A stretch of DNA of 59,399 bases, filler included. It is 3 parts of 3 records of this genome, joined end to end, with 100 filler letters (N's around TTAATTAATTAA, not from the genome) between each part and the next. Parts side by side here need not be neighbours in the genome. Positions count along the whole stretch, not along the records: positions 1 to 25,638 come from DRR723986_8482; 2 more parts are not named here. One strand, 5' to 3'. The translations under genes were made by a program, and so were the position numbers. The notes under the pieces were generated by a model, which saw only the letters and a list, made by a program, of their open reading frames with translations, searched no databases and was not told where the DNA came from. Shown piece by piece: positions 9,289-19,411 of the stretch (position 1 is its first letter; the number at the start of each line of letters is the position of its first letter).

Positions 9289-10296
9289 CTACAGCAGTCC
9301 GAGCGTTTCTTCTTGTTCGGTCATCACGTTCAGGCACTGTACAGCGGCCCCAGACGCTCCCTTGACGACGTTGTCTATCGCAGACAGAAGAACGAGCCAC
9401 GGTCCGTTTTCGCGAACTGAAATATCGCAGTAATTGGTTCCAGCAACGTGCTTCGTCGCTGGTAAGTGGGAGACGACTCGTACGAACGGTTCGTTTGCGT
9501 AGGCGTTCAGTAGGCATTCGCGAACTTGATTGGCCGTTACATGGGACTTGGGACGAACGTAGATCGTCGACAAAATACCTCGATTCATCGGTACTAAGTG
9601 AGGTGTGAATGCGATCGTCGTTTCGGCTTCGGTGCTCCGCTGCAAGATATCAACGATTTCGCATTGGTGGCGGTGCGTGCCAACCGCATAAGCTGAAAAC
9701 GATTCGTTGACTTCTGAGTACAAATTGCCCAGCTTGGGCGTTCGACCTGCTCCACTCACACCGCTGGCTGAATCGACAATGATTTCCCCGTCGATGAGAG
9801 ATTCGCGAGCAATTGGTGCCAGCGGCAAAATGGCACTTGTCGGGTAGCAGCCAGGATTGGCAACCAGTTGTGCACCGTTGATCTGTTCACGGAACAGCTC
9901 GGGAAGGCCGTAAGGGGTCGATCCTAATCGTCCTGGATCGGTGTGCTGCAGGCCGTACCATTGTTCGTAAAGTGGTGCATTGCTGAGGCGGTAGTCGGCG
10001 CTCAAGTCAACAACTCGACCACCGTGTTGCAAGATCCCGGAAACGATCGGCGCGGATGCACCGTGGGGCAAGCAACAGAGTGCGACGTCGCAGCGATGCG
10101 CTACTTCCTCCGGTGTCAGGTCCTCCACCAGGCAATTCACTCTGCCGGTGAATTCGGGATGCATGTCGCAGAGGGTCGAGCCATTGGCCTGCCGACTCGT
10201 CGCGACCGAAATCTCCGCTCCAGGGTGCCTAGCCAGCAAGCGTATTGCTTCAATGGCCGTGTAACCTGAACAGCCGACGATACCAACTTTGATCAT
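9289..10296 (-). CDS. argC: N-acetyl-gamma-glutamyl-phosphate reductase
   Basis: GCSGYT, DLSADYRL, YGLPE, ANPGCYPT, SGVSGAGR and DNVVKGASG motifs. Confidence 0.97.
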   Translation of the reverse strand: MIKVGIVGCSGYTAIEAIRLLARHPGAEISVATSRQANGSTLCDMHPEFTGRVNCLVEDLTPEEVAHRCDVALCCLPHGASAPIVSGILQHGGRVVDLSADYRLSNAPLYEQWYGLQHTDPGRLGSTPYGLPELFREQINGAQLVANPGCYPTSAILPLAPIARESLIDGEIIVDSASGVSGAGRTPKLGNLYSEVNESFSAYAVGTHRHQCEIVDILQRSTEAETTIAFTPHLVPMNRGILSTIYVRPKSHVTANQVRECLLNAYANEPFVRVVSHLPATKHVAGTNYCDISVRENGPWLVLLSAIDNVVKGASGAAVQCLNVMTEQEETLGLL

Positions 10297-10415
10297 TTTC
10301 AATGTGACTTTTGGGAGACAGAACGGAAATGGGCCTGGGCGAGCCTGGCTGGGGCAGCAAAGTTCCATACGTGGATTACGGACGAGCCGCGAGCGGCACC
10401 ACCTACCCTGCGACA

Positions 10416-10421
10416 ATTATA
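10416..10421 (-). promoter_or_regulatory. Candidate sigma70 -10 box (TATAAT) for the argC operon
   Basis: Exact TATAAT on the minus strand ~120 bp upstream of argC; no clear -35. Confidence 0.4.
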
Positions 10422-10594
10422 GGCCCATAGGTGTTCGCTGCGCAGGTGCCGCATCCGCCAGTCGTGCTGCGTTCCCGCCCCTGAGTAAATCAGTCGCACG
10501 GCGATTCCAAGGGTGAGCCGATCTGCAAAAGAGTCCAAATTCAATTTTCTTGCTTTCCGCGCCCAAAACCAATGCTGGACAGGCCTATAGCAAT

Positions 10595-10625
10595 GTGATA
10601 TCACTTTAGTATCGCTGTGATACTG
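10595..10625. promoter_or_regulatory. Candidate RHH operator: three TGATATCA-like boxes at an 11-bp period
   Basis: Perfect palindrome GTGATATCAC (10595-10604); boxes TGATATCA 10596, TAGTATCG 10607 and TGATACTG 10618, upstream of the SPFH-RHH operon. Confidence 0.6.
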
Positions 10626-10708
10626 GTGAACGACGCGGAATAATGATGGTAAGTCTGTGCCGCTTCGATACGAGCTCCTTAGAAAAACAGTGAAAGAGGG
10701 AAGCCAGA

Positions 10709-11683
10709 ATGAGTGAAGAAAAAGTCGTCTACCACGAAAAGATCATCAAACCCAAGGCAGGTTGGGGGCCGTTGATCAGAATCATCCTGGGCATGATTGG
10801 CGCAGTCGCGCTATTCATTCTGACTATCGCCAACGAAGGTAATCTGCCTGAGGCGGGTATTGCCTGTGGAATCATATTGGCGGTTCTCGTTGCGGGATGG
10901 AGTTTCATAAGCATGTTCGGGTTGGTGGCGATTGCGCCGAATCAAGCGAGGGTTCTGCTCTTGTTTGGTGAGTATCGAGGTAGCGTAATTGAGTCCGGTT
11001 TCTACTACGTAAACCCGTTCTATTCCAAGCGGAAGATTTCGTTGCGGGTTCGCAATTTCGAGACAGGTTCGACCACAACACCTCAACAGAAGGATGCAGC
11101 CGGGCAAGTGGTCGCGCAAAAATCGCGTTCGCCCGGGCGCCCTTCGAAAGTGAACGATCGGGACGGCAATCCAATCGAGATCTCAGCGGTTGTTGTTTGG
11201 AAGGTCGTTGATACCGCGGAAGCAATGTTCGAAGTGGATGACTACGAAGACTTTGTTGCCGTGCAGAGTGAGGCTGCACTCCGCAACCTGGCGACTCGCC
11301 ACCCTTACGATAGTGAGGATCACGAGGTTTCTTTGCGAGGAAGTACGGCGGAGATTTCGAATCAGCTCGCTGGTGACATTCAAGAGCGATTGGAAAAGGC
11401 TGGGGTCAAAGTGATTGAAGCTCGCATTAGCCATTTGGCTTACGCTTCTGAAATTGCTGCGGCCATGTTGCAGCGCCAGCAGGCTCAGGCCGTTGTGGCT
11501 GCTCGAACCAAGATTGTCGAAGGTGCCGTGGGGATGGTCGAAATGGCGCTGGATCATCTTGCCAAGGATAACATCGTTGAATTGGACGATGAACGCCGGG
11601 CACAAATGGTATCCAACTTGCTAGTCGTGCTTTGTAGCGATCGGCATACACAACCCGTCGTCAACACAGGTTCACTGTACTAA
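10709..11683 (+). CDS. SPFH/band 7 domain membrane protein
   Basis: Two N-terminal TM segments; KVNDRDGNPIEISAVVVW, QSEAALR, HLAYASEIAAAMLQRQQA and MVSNLLVVLC. Confidence 0.93.
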   Translation: MSEEKVVYHEKIIKPKAGWGPLIRIILGMIGAVALFILTIANEGNLPEAGIACGIILAVLVAGWSFISMFGLVAIAPNQARVLLLFGEYRGSVIESGFYYVNPFYSKRKISLRVRNFETGSTTTPQQKDAAGQVVAQKSRSPGRPSKVNDRDGNPIEISAVVVWKVVDTAEAMFEVDDYEDFVAVQSEAALRNLATRHPYDSEDHEVSLRGSTAEISNQLAGDIQERLEKAGVKVIEARISHLAYASEIAAAMLQRQQAQAVVAARTKIVEGAVGMVEMALDHLAKDNIVELDDERRAQMVSNLLVVLCSDRHTQPVVNTGSLY

Positions 11684-11817
11684 CGATGCACTGGTGTGTT
11701 GGCGGATCCCATTCACTGCGCGAAGAATTTCCGGCAAGTGACGCAGACGCACCAATTTCGAACTGTGCTAGTAGCTGCGGCTGCTAGCGCAGGTGACTCT
11801 AGCAAGGCTGGTAGCCA

Positions 11818-12018
11818 ATGGCTAAGCGAGACTCGTTCTTGCTTCGCGTCGACCCAAAGATTTTGGCCGCAATTCGCAAGTGGTCGGATGATGAGATGCG
11901 GAGCATGAACGGACAAATCGAATATCTGCTGCGCGACGCGCTCAAGCGGGCCGGAAGACTGGAATCTGGCGGGAGTGCTAGCAAACGCGGCTCCAAGTCA
12001 CCTGACGACGCGGAGTGA
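11818..12018 (+). CDS. Arc-family ribbon-helix-helix DNA-binding protein
   Basis: KRDSFLLRVDP...WSDDEMRSMNGQIEYLLR is the Arc/RHH pattern typically found downstream of this SPFH subfamily. Confidence 0.88.
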   Translation: MAKRDSFLLRVDPKILAAIRKWSDDEMRSMNGQIEYLLRDALKRAGRLESGGSASKRGSKSPDDAE

Positions 12019-12181
12019 TTCCGCCGCCGGTGCCGCCGACCGCTGGGCTCGACGCGAGAGGCTGGAATTGGGTAGATTGCCCGATTGCAGACTACTTTAC
12101 TGCCGGAATATGCGGCGATCGGCACCCCAAAACTCTGCTCCACGATGGGGCACAATTGAGTGTAGAACGGATTCATTCGGT

Positions 12182-13378
12182 ATGAAGATTTTCTTCTCCG
12201 TCGGCGAGCCAAGCGGCGATTTGCATGCTGCAAAACTGATTGAGCAATTGCAAGTTGCTGCTCCCAATGTGCAGACGCTTGGACTCGGTGGTGAGAACAT
12301 GCGGGCGGCTGGATGTGACATCGAGTACGACCTAACGCAATTGGCCGTCGTCGGCTTTGTTGAAGTTGTGCCGAAGCTACGGGAATTCTTTCGCGTCGCC
12401 GATCTGGCTGCTGAAGTCATGGATCGTGAGAAACCCGACGCGGTCGTCCTGGTCGACTTCCCTGGTTTCAACTGGCACATCGCAAAACGAGCAAAGCAGC
12501 GCGGAATTCCGGTTTACTATTTCCTTCCACCGCAGCTATGGGCATGGGGTAGTTGGCGAGTTAAGAAGCTGCGGCGGTTGGTCGATCACGTTTTCTGCAA
12601 TCTACCCTTCGAGGCCCGCTGGTACGCCGACCAGGATGTGCCGAGCGAGTACGTTGGACATCCGTTTTTCGATGAAGTCGCCGAGCATCCAGTCGATCGG
12701 TCCTTTGTTGATCAACTCAGGTCAAGCGGCGAGCAGTCGGTAGCCGTATTGCCCGGTTCACGTAATCGTGAAGTGAAAACGATTTGGCCAATGCAGTTGA
12801 AGATTCTCGACGAGTTGTCGAGGCGGCATCCTGCGGCCACGTTTCATGTCGCTTGCCTCAGGCCCGAACACTACGAATTGTGTCAGCAGATTTTGAGCGG
12901 TCATGAATCAGGCGGTTCAGGACAAGTGCCGCTGGCTGATCGGCTTCAATTTCACGTTGGCAAGACGAGCGGTGTTATCGAGGCCTGCGATTGTGCGTTG
13001 ATGAAGTCTGGGTCGGTTAGCCTGGAAATGATGGCTCGTCAAACTCCGTCCGTGGTCGTCTATCAAGTTGGCTATACGCTCTACGCGGCCAGCCGGCTGT
13101 TGACGAATCTGAAGAGCATGACACTGCCGAATTTGATCGCCGAAAAAACGATCATGCCCGAATTTTTGGCGGTCGGCAATTCTGACAAGGCCACCGAACA
13201 AGCCATTGCGTCAATGGATCGCTTGATGTCTGATCCTGAGGAGCTTTGTCGGCAGCGACGGCAATTGCAAGAGCTAAACGATCAATTTGCCGCACCTGGA
13301 GCAGCTCGACGAACCGCAGAGGCATTGCTGGAGCGGCTGTCTATCAGAGCATTGTCGCAGCCAGCCAAAGCAGCTTAG
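12182..13378 (+). CDS. lpxB: Lipid-A-disaccharide synthase
   Basis: GEPSGDLH, VDFPGFN, PPQLWAW, YVGHP, LPGSR and KSGSVSLE motifs. Confidence 0.95.
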   Translation: MKIFFSVGEPSGDLHAAKLIEQLQVAAPNVQTLGLGGENMRAAGCDIEYDLTQLAVVGFVEVVPKLREFFRVADLAAEVMDREKPDAVVLVDFPGFNWHIAKRAKQRGIPVYYFLPPQLWAWGSWRVKKLRRLVDHVFCNLPFEARWYADQDVPSEYVGHPFFDEVAEHPVDRSFVDQLRSSGEQSVAVLPGSRNREVKTIWPMQLKILDELSRRHPAATFHVACLRPEHYELCQQILSGHESGGSGQVPLADRLQFHVGKTSGVIEACDCALMKSGSVSLEMMARQTPSVVVYQVGYTLYAASRLLTNLKSMTLPNLIAEKTIMPEFLAVGNSDKATEQAIASMDRLMSDPEELCRQRRQLQELNDQFAAPGAARRTAEALLERLSIRALSQPAKAA

Positions 13379-13394
13379 CGAGCCAAGCTGCTTT
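13367..13394. terminator. Hairpin between convergent lpxB and sulfatase
   Basis: AAAGCAGCTT-N8-AAGCTGCTTT, 10-bp perfect stem. Confidence 0.55.
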
Positions 13395-13440
13395 GCGTTT
13401 CTTGAGCCATTTACGCTGGTGTCGTTACTTCCTGGCGAGC

Positions 13441-15033
13441 CTATGGTACCTTGCGGTACTGGGCCTGCCACTGATCCGGTTTCACGGTCATGTCGGAGTC
13501 ATCGTCGTAGAGCTTGATCAGTCGATCCAGCTCAGTTTTCATCTCCTTGATCTGCGAAGCATACTCCGTGTTGCCGTATTGGTTTTGCAGTTCGTCTGGA
13601 TCGGTCTCTAGATCGTAGAACTCCCACTCATCGAACTGGTAGAAGTGAATCAGCTTGTACCGTTCGTTGCGAACGCCATTGTGCCGAGCAACTTGGTGAA
13701 CGCTGGGGTATTCATAGAAGTGGTAGTAGAGGCTCTTGCGCCAGTCTGCAGGCGATTCGCCCTTGAGAAGCGGTACAAGAGATTTGCCTTGCATGTCATC
13801 TGGGATATCGGTCTCGGCGACTTCGAGAAATGTTTCTGCATAGTCTAAATTCTGGATCATCGCGTCGGAGGTCGACCCGGGAGCGGTCACGCCAGGCCAC
13901 TTGGCAATGAACGGCATCTTGAGCGACTCTTCGTACATCCAGCGTTTGTCGTACCAACCGTGGTCGCCCAGATAAAAACCTTGATCAGATGAGTAAATAA
14001 CGATCGTATTGTCGGCTAATCCAGACTCATCCAAGTATTTCATCAACTGGCCCACACTATCGTCGACGGTCTTCACGCATCGAAGGTAGTTCTTCATGTA
14101 GCGTTGATATTTCCAGCGGACCAGTTCCTTGCCCTTGAGATTTTTTTGGCGAAACGCTTCGTTCTTTGGTCCGTATGCGGCATGCCAAGCTTCCAATTGT
14201 TCTGGAGTCATTTTCTGCATATTGCGAAACGCAGACTTGTCTGTGCCCACTTCTGCGGCGGGATCGAAGCCCTCTGGTGGATCCATGAAAAGATCGAAAA
14301 CCAAATGCATGTGGCGATCGATTTCCATCTCTTGATTGCGGGCTGGCGATGCGTTGTCTGAGTAGTCGTCGAAGAGCGTTTCTGGCTCTGGGATAGTGAC
14401 ATCGTCATACAGATTCAAATAACGGGTGGGCGGCATCCAGCACCGGTGAGGAGCTTTGTGCTGGCACATCAGCATGAAAGGCTTGTCCTTGTCACGCCCT
14501 TCCTTCAGCCACTCCAGAGCAAAGTCGGTCACAACGTCCGTGCAGTACCCTTCGTACCGCTGCTTGCCTTCAGCGGAGAGCATCATTGGGTTGTAGTACT
14601 CTCCCTGACCGGGAAGTACTTTCCATTGGTCGAATCCCTGAGGCGTGCTCTTCAGGTGCCACTTGCCGAACATGGCCGTTTGGTAGCCAGCTTTCTGAAG
14701 CAGTTTCGGAAACGTCTGTTGATCTGCATCAAAACGATTCCCGTTGTTCATGAAGCCATTCTTGTGACTGTGCTTGCCAGTCAGAATGACCGCTCGGCTA
14801 GGCCCGCAAATACTGTTTGAGCAAAAGCTATTGCGAAACACCATTCCCTGACGGGCCAGCGTATCGATGTTCGGTGTTGGGTTAATGTCCTTGTAAAGCC
14901 CCTCGTAGGCACCGATGGCGTGCGGAGCGTGGTCGTCGCTAAATACGAAGACGATATTTGGACGCTCGGCATTTGCCGCATGGCCAAGCAGGCTGGCAAG
15001 GCAAAAAGTTAACAGTAGCAGCACTCGATTCAC
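13441..15033 (-). CDS. Secreted formylglycine-dependent (S1) sulfatase
   Basis: Signal peptide; PNIVFVFSDDH, CGPSRA (CxPxR), GKWHL and SSDQGFYLGDHGWYDKR; GTG start 15033. Confidence 0.95.
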   Translation of the reverse strand: MNRVLLLLTFCLASLLGHAANAERPNIVFVFSDDHAPHAIGAYEGLYKDINPTPNIDTLARQGMVFRNSFCSNSICGPSRAVILTGKHSHKNGFMNNGNRFDADQQTFPKLLQKAGYQTAMFGKWHLKSTPQGFDQWKVLPGQGEYYNPMMLSAEGKQRYEGYCTDVVTDFALEWLKEGRDKDKPFMLMCQHKAPHRCWMPPTRYLNLYDDVTIPEPETLFDDYSDNASPARNQEMEIDRHMHLVFDLFMDPPEGFDPAAEVGTDKSAFRNMQKMTPEQLEAWHAAYGPKNEAFRQKNLKGKELVRWKYQRYMKNYLRCVKTVDDSVGQLMKYLDESGLADNTIVIYSSDQGFYLGDHGWYDKRWMYEESLKMPFIAKWPGVTAPGSTSDAMIQNLDYAETFLEVAETDIPDDMQGKSLVPLLKGESPADWRKSLYYHFYEYPSVHQVARHNGVRNERYKLIHFYQFDEWEFYDLETDPDELQNQYGNTEYASQIKEMKTELDRLIKLYDDDSDMTVKPDQWQAQYRKVP

Positions 15034-15300
15034 GGTTGGATCTTTCAAAGTGGACTTGGCTGGACTAGCGATTTGAGGGGCCAAACATCATAACATGAGT
15101 TGACACGAGATGGGGGCCTGCGCAGGATTTGGCCGTGCAGTTCAGAGTCTACTGGCAGGGGCTTTAGGGGGGATCAATCGAGTTTAATGCCCATTAGCCT
15201 CGATCGTTTCGCATTTTCGTTATCATGCGGGCTCACGATGTATTTCGACGAAGGAGCTTTGATGATGGTTCGGTGTAGCGTGTTGTATTGGGTCCCAGAG

Positions 15301-16245
15301 ATGCCGTTTAAGCGGGCATTCAGTTCGTTCGTACTCGCAGTTGTGTTTCTGGGCATGACGGCAGGAGTCCAGCGGCAAGTTTGCGCTGAAGAGTTCTTGT
15401 TGTTCTACCTTGGTGGCCAATCCAACATGGAGGGATTTGGGACTGTCGCGGAGCTTCCGGATGAGATGAAGGGGCCTGTCGAGGATGTGTACATTTACCA
15501 CACGCAGTCGACCCATGATCGCCTAGAATTTACGAGCGACACGGTATGGCAGGTGCTTGAACCGGGGCACGGTACTGAGTATCGAGCCGAAGGTTCTGAC
15601 GTCAAGCTTTCGCCACGGTTCGGCGTCGAAGTAAGTTTGGCGCATCGGCTAAAGAAACTCTACCCGGACAATAAGATTGCCTTGATCAAGTACGCTCGAA
15701 ATGGTTCTTCGATCTCAGCGGACGCTCCCGCCAAGAAGCGTTGGGGCTGTTGGGAACCAGACTTCAACGAAGGTGATGGTGAGTTTCGTGATGTGAACCA
15801 GTACGACCACTTCTTGGAAACGGTCAAATCGGCGATGAAACAAGCTGATATTGATGGTGATGGAGAAACCGACACGCTGTCACCAACCGGGATCGTATGG
15901 ATGCAAGGTGAGAGTGATGCAGCGGCATCTGAATCGGTTGCCCAAGCCTACGCCGCAAACCTCAAACGTTTAATGGATTTGATGCGAGCCGCTTTTCGTG
16001 AAGACGATCTGCCGGTGGTCGTTGGACAGATTTCGGATTCCGGGCAGAACGCACGCGGGCGGTTGTGGACCCATCTAGAGATCCTGCAAGCTCAGCAGCA
16101 AAAGTTTGTTGCCGAAGATGAAGCAGCCGCGCTCGTTACGACCACTGAGACCTACGGCTATTCCGATCCCGCGCACTACGACTCAGCGGGTTACTTGGAT
16201 TTGGGACGCCAATTCGCCGACGCATTGGCTGACTTGAATCGATAG
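15301..16245 (+). CDS. Sialate O-acetylesterase / SASA (DUF303, CE6-like) SGNH esterase
   Basis: Signal peptide; GQSNMEG, WMQGESD and DPAH (DxxH) motifs. Confidence 0.88.
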   Translation: MPFKRAFSSFVLAVVFLGMTAGVQRQVCAEEFLLFYLGGQSNMEGFGTVAELPDEMKGPVEDVYIYHTQSTHDRLEFTSDTVWQVLEPGHGTEYRAEGSDVKLSPRFGVEVSLAHRLKKLYPDNKIALIKYARNGSSISADAPAKKRWGCWEPDFNEGDGEFRDVNQYDHFLETVKSAMKQADIDGDGETDTLSPTGIVWMQGESDAAASESVAQAYAANLKRLMDLMRAAFREDDLPVVVGQISDSGQNARGRLWTHLEILQAQQQKFVAEDEAAALVTTTETYGYSDPAHYDSAGYLDLGRQFADALADLNR

Positions 16246-16336
16246 GCATCCCAGCCGAGCGGATTGGCCTGGCGTGCACCATTTGGCGCGACCGTGGCAG
16301 CCTGTTTTCTTCCTGTGACCACTCATGAGCGGCTCG

Positions 16337-16405
16337 CCGCATTTCTACTGTGTCCGCTTGCTTCTGCGTCCGCATTTCTACTTTGTCAGCTTGCTTCTGC
16401 GTCCG
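16337..16405 (+). repeat. Intergenic 33-bp tandem duplication (2 copies)
   Basis: CCGCATTTCTACT(G/T)TGTC(C/A)GCTTGCTTCTGCGT at 16337 and 16370, two mismatches. Confidence 0.85.
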
Positions 16406-16683
16406 GCGTTATGGAAATTGCCGACAGACTCTTCGCCTGCATCGAAATCGGGCGGCGTGCCTACTGAACGCGCCCGATTCGGTCGAAACCAAGCACCAGT
16501 ATCGCGATTGCTGGTCATCTTTCCCTGTGCTCGGCCTTAAGTTCAGAAATGCTCCCCTACTTGGTTTGGGGGGTGCCTCAATACGTGGCAATGCCGCATC
16601 TCGCCCCCGGACGTATACGGCGGTGGGCGGGCTCAATGGCCTGGTAGTTTCCCTTACGTCCTCTTTTCGCCATTTAAGGGAGC

Positions 16684-16699
16684 TGGCACGGGCTTTGCT
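16684..16699 (+). promoter_or_regulatory. Sigma54 (-24/-12) promoter
   Basis: TGGCACGGGCTTTGCT exactly matches TGGCACG-N4-TTGCW, ~90 bp upstream of the ORF at 16792. Confidence 0.75.
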
Positions 16700-16791
16700 T
16701 GAATGGCTTGCGTCTCTGCTGCAGCCGGGGCAGCAGAGATCTCCCGCCTTAACTCTCGGTACTTACTCGATCTATTCAGGAACACAGGAAG

Positions 16792-17211
16792 ATGAATAGC
16801 ATTCGACTCTACGCGCCTCGAGCGTTTGATATGCGTCCCATGATTGCCGAACTGGCTTCTGCGAGTCAGAAAGTCGTCAATAGTCCATATACGCTGCTTG
16901 TGTGCAAAATAATCATCGGGCTGGTTTCGGCCTACGATATTCACCAAACAATCAAGTACGTCGAATATTTGCCTCAAATGGAGCTAAATCCAATTGGGCG
17001 ATGGCTGATGAGTTTGGATGATGGTCCCAATTGCGATCTGCAGCAGGCGGCTTGCTTCATTACGTTGAAGTTTGCTGGCAACTTTGCCTGCGTCGCCGCC
17101 ATCGAGTTCGTTAGCAGTTGGAATCGAACATTGGCAACAGTCGCCGCTCTGGCGGTAGCCGCTTTCCAGGCATGGCTTCTCTTTTTCCTGCTGTTTTGCT
17201 GCAACGTTTGA
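16792..17211 (+). CDS. Small membrane protein, DUF5658-like
   Basis: Three hydrophobic segments with D..T...ELNPIGRWL...K.AG pattern; AGGAAG RBS. Start may be a downstream Met. Confidence 0.65.
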   Translation: MNSIRLYAPRAFDMRPMIAELASASQKVVNSPYTLLVCKIIIGLVSAYDIHQTIKYVEYLPQMELNPIGRWLMSLDDGPNCDLQQAACFITLKFAGNFACVAAIEFVSSWNRTLATVAALAVAAFQAWLLFFLLFCCNV

Positions 17212-17297
17212 CCGTAGCCAGTCCCGCGACTTGCCGATCCGGTCTCGTGCGTGAATAATCCAGCTAGAAAAATGACGCTGGCGCGGGATGTTCACGG

Positions 17298-18314
17298 ATG
17301 GCAAGAAACGAGCAACTGATTCGACAACACAAGATCCTCCAGATTTTGGAGCGATTGCGTTTTGGTGCAACACTAGAAGAGCTGCGCAATGCGGTCGTCG
17401 AAGAGCTTGGGCTCACGTCCCTTCACACCCGTAGCATCCGGCGGGACCTTGAGGCTCTTACGGCAGCCGGCATCCCAATCACTCAGGAAGAAAACCAACG
17501 TGGACGCGTTTGGAAACTGAGTCGATCGGACAAAGGGTTGCACAAGATCTCGATCACGGCGAGTGAATTAATCGCTCTGTCGATGGGCCGTGACCTGATG
17601 CTCCCGCTGGTTGGAACACAGTTTTGGATCGGGATTGAGTCGTTCTGGAATAAGGTAGGCGATCAGTTACCGGGAGCTGTGTGGGATCACTACGAGCGTT
17701 ATCGTCGGACGATGTACGTTCTGGGGTTGCCATTCAAGACCTACGAAAAGCACCAAGGGATTCTGAAGACAGTCAATCGAGCGATACAAGAGCATCGATT
17801 GCTGGAAATGGAGTACCAGGTTCCGGGCCGTCCGGCTTCGACGCGAACGATTGAGCCGTATGCGGTGGTTCTCTACCAGTCGAGTATTTACGTCGTCGCC
17901 ACAGAAGCAGGACGTGATGGCGATACTGCACAGATTCGTCACTGGAAACTAGATCGTTTTCAATCTGCGACCGCATTGGATAAGTGGTTCAAGCCTGATC
18001 AGGCGGTCGATCTGTCTCAGCACCTAGGGCAGTCCGTCGGGATCTTTAGCGGGGCGCAGACGCAAGACTATGTTATCCGCCTCTCACCCCAGGCAGCGCG
18101 TTGGGTGGAGGAAGATCCGTGGCACCCAGAACAGAAGCTTGAGCCCGAAGAAGAGGGCCGCGTCATCTTGACCGTCAAAGCATTCCACGACACCGAGATC
18201 ATCCAACGCGTCATGCGTCTCGGCTTGGAGGCTGAGCTGCTTTCGCCGTCTGGCTGCCGCGAAGAAATTGCGAAGATCGTCAAGGAACTCAGTGGCCGAT
18301 ACGACGAAAACTGA
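17298..18314 (+). CDS. HTH-WYL-WCX transcriptional regulator
   Basis: N-terminal wHTH (TRSIRRDLEAL), WYL domain (RTIEPY..IYVVA..RHWKLDR) and WCX tail (WHPEQ..RVMRLGLEAELLSP). Confidence 0.93.
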   Translation: MARNEQLIRQHKILQILERLRFGATLEELRNAVVEELGLTSLHTRSIRRDLEALTAAGIPITQEENQRGRVWKLSRSDKGLHKISITASELIALSMGRDLMLPLVGTQFWIGIESFWNKVGDQLPGAVWDHYERYRRTMYVLGLPFKTYEKHQGILKTVNRAIQEHRLLEMEYQVPGRPASTRTIEPYAVVLYQSSIYVVATEAGRDGDTAQIRHWKLDRFQSATALDKWFKPDQAVDLSQHLGQSVGIFSGAQTQDYVIRLSPQAARWVEEDPWHPEQKLEPEEEGRVILTVKAFHDTEIIQRVMRLGLEAELLSPSGCREEIAKIVKELSGRYDEN

Positions 18315-18558
18315 ACGCTGCCAACCGCCGCCAGAGTTGGGCGTTGAGGAATCCGGCGTAGGAGGCATCAGCTTCCAAGTCGAGTGTGCTGATTTCGCAG
18401 AAACCTCGAGCTAGGTGTAGCCAACTCCAGGCTATGTGCCCTGCGGTGCCCTTGGCTGGCAAGTTATGTCGGGAATCTGCGTCGCTTCGTGTTACAATGT
18501 TTGCACCTGCCTCGCAGCAACCCCTTCTCGTCTATCCTACCGCTGGAGTTCACTGCCG

Positions 18559-19332
<774 letters not shown>

Positions 19333-19368
19333 CGTTTCAGCTCACAGAGCTAAACACTTCGGCAAATG

Positions 19369-19408
19369 ATTGAGCGACCGGGACCACCAGCCTGGGCGGT
19401 CGCTCAAT
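19369..19408. terminator. Hairpin between convergent ThuA and glnA
   Basis: ATTGAGCGACCG-N16-CGGTCGCTCAAT, 12-bp perfect stem. Confidence 0.6.
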
Positions 19409-19411
19409 TAC

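Noticed and set aside
17298-18314. WYL gene as marker of an anti-phage island
   Set aside because: Neighbours are an esterase, a membrane protein and ThuA; no nuclease, BREX, CBASS or RM genes on the contig.
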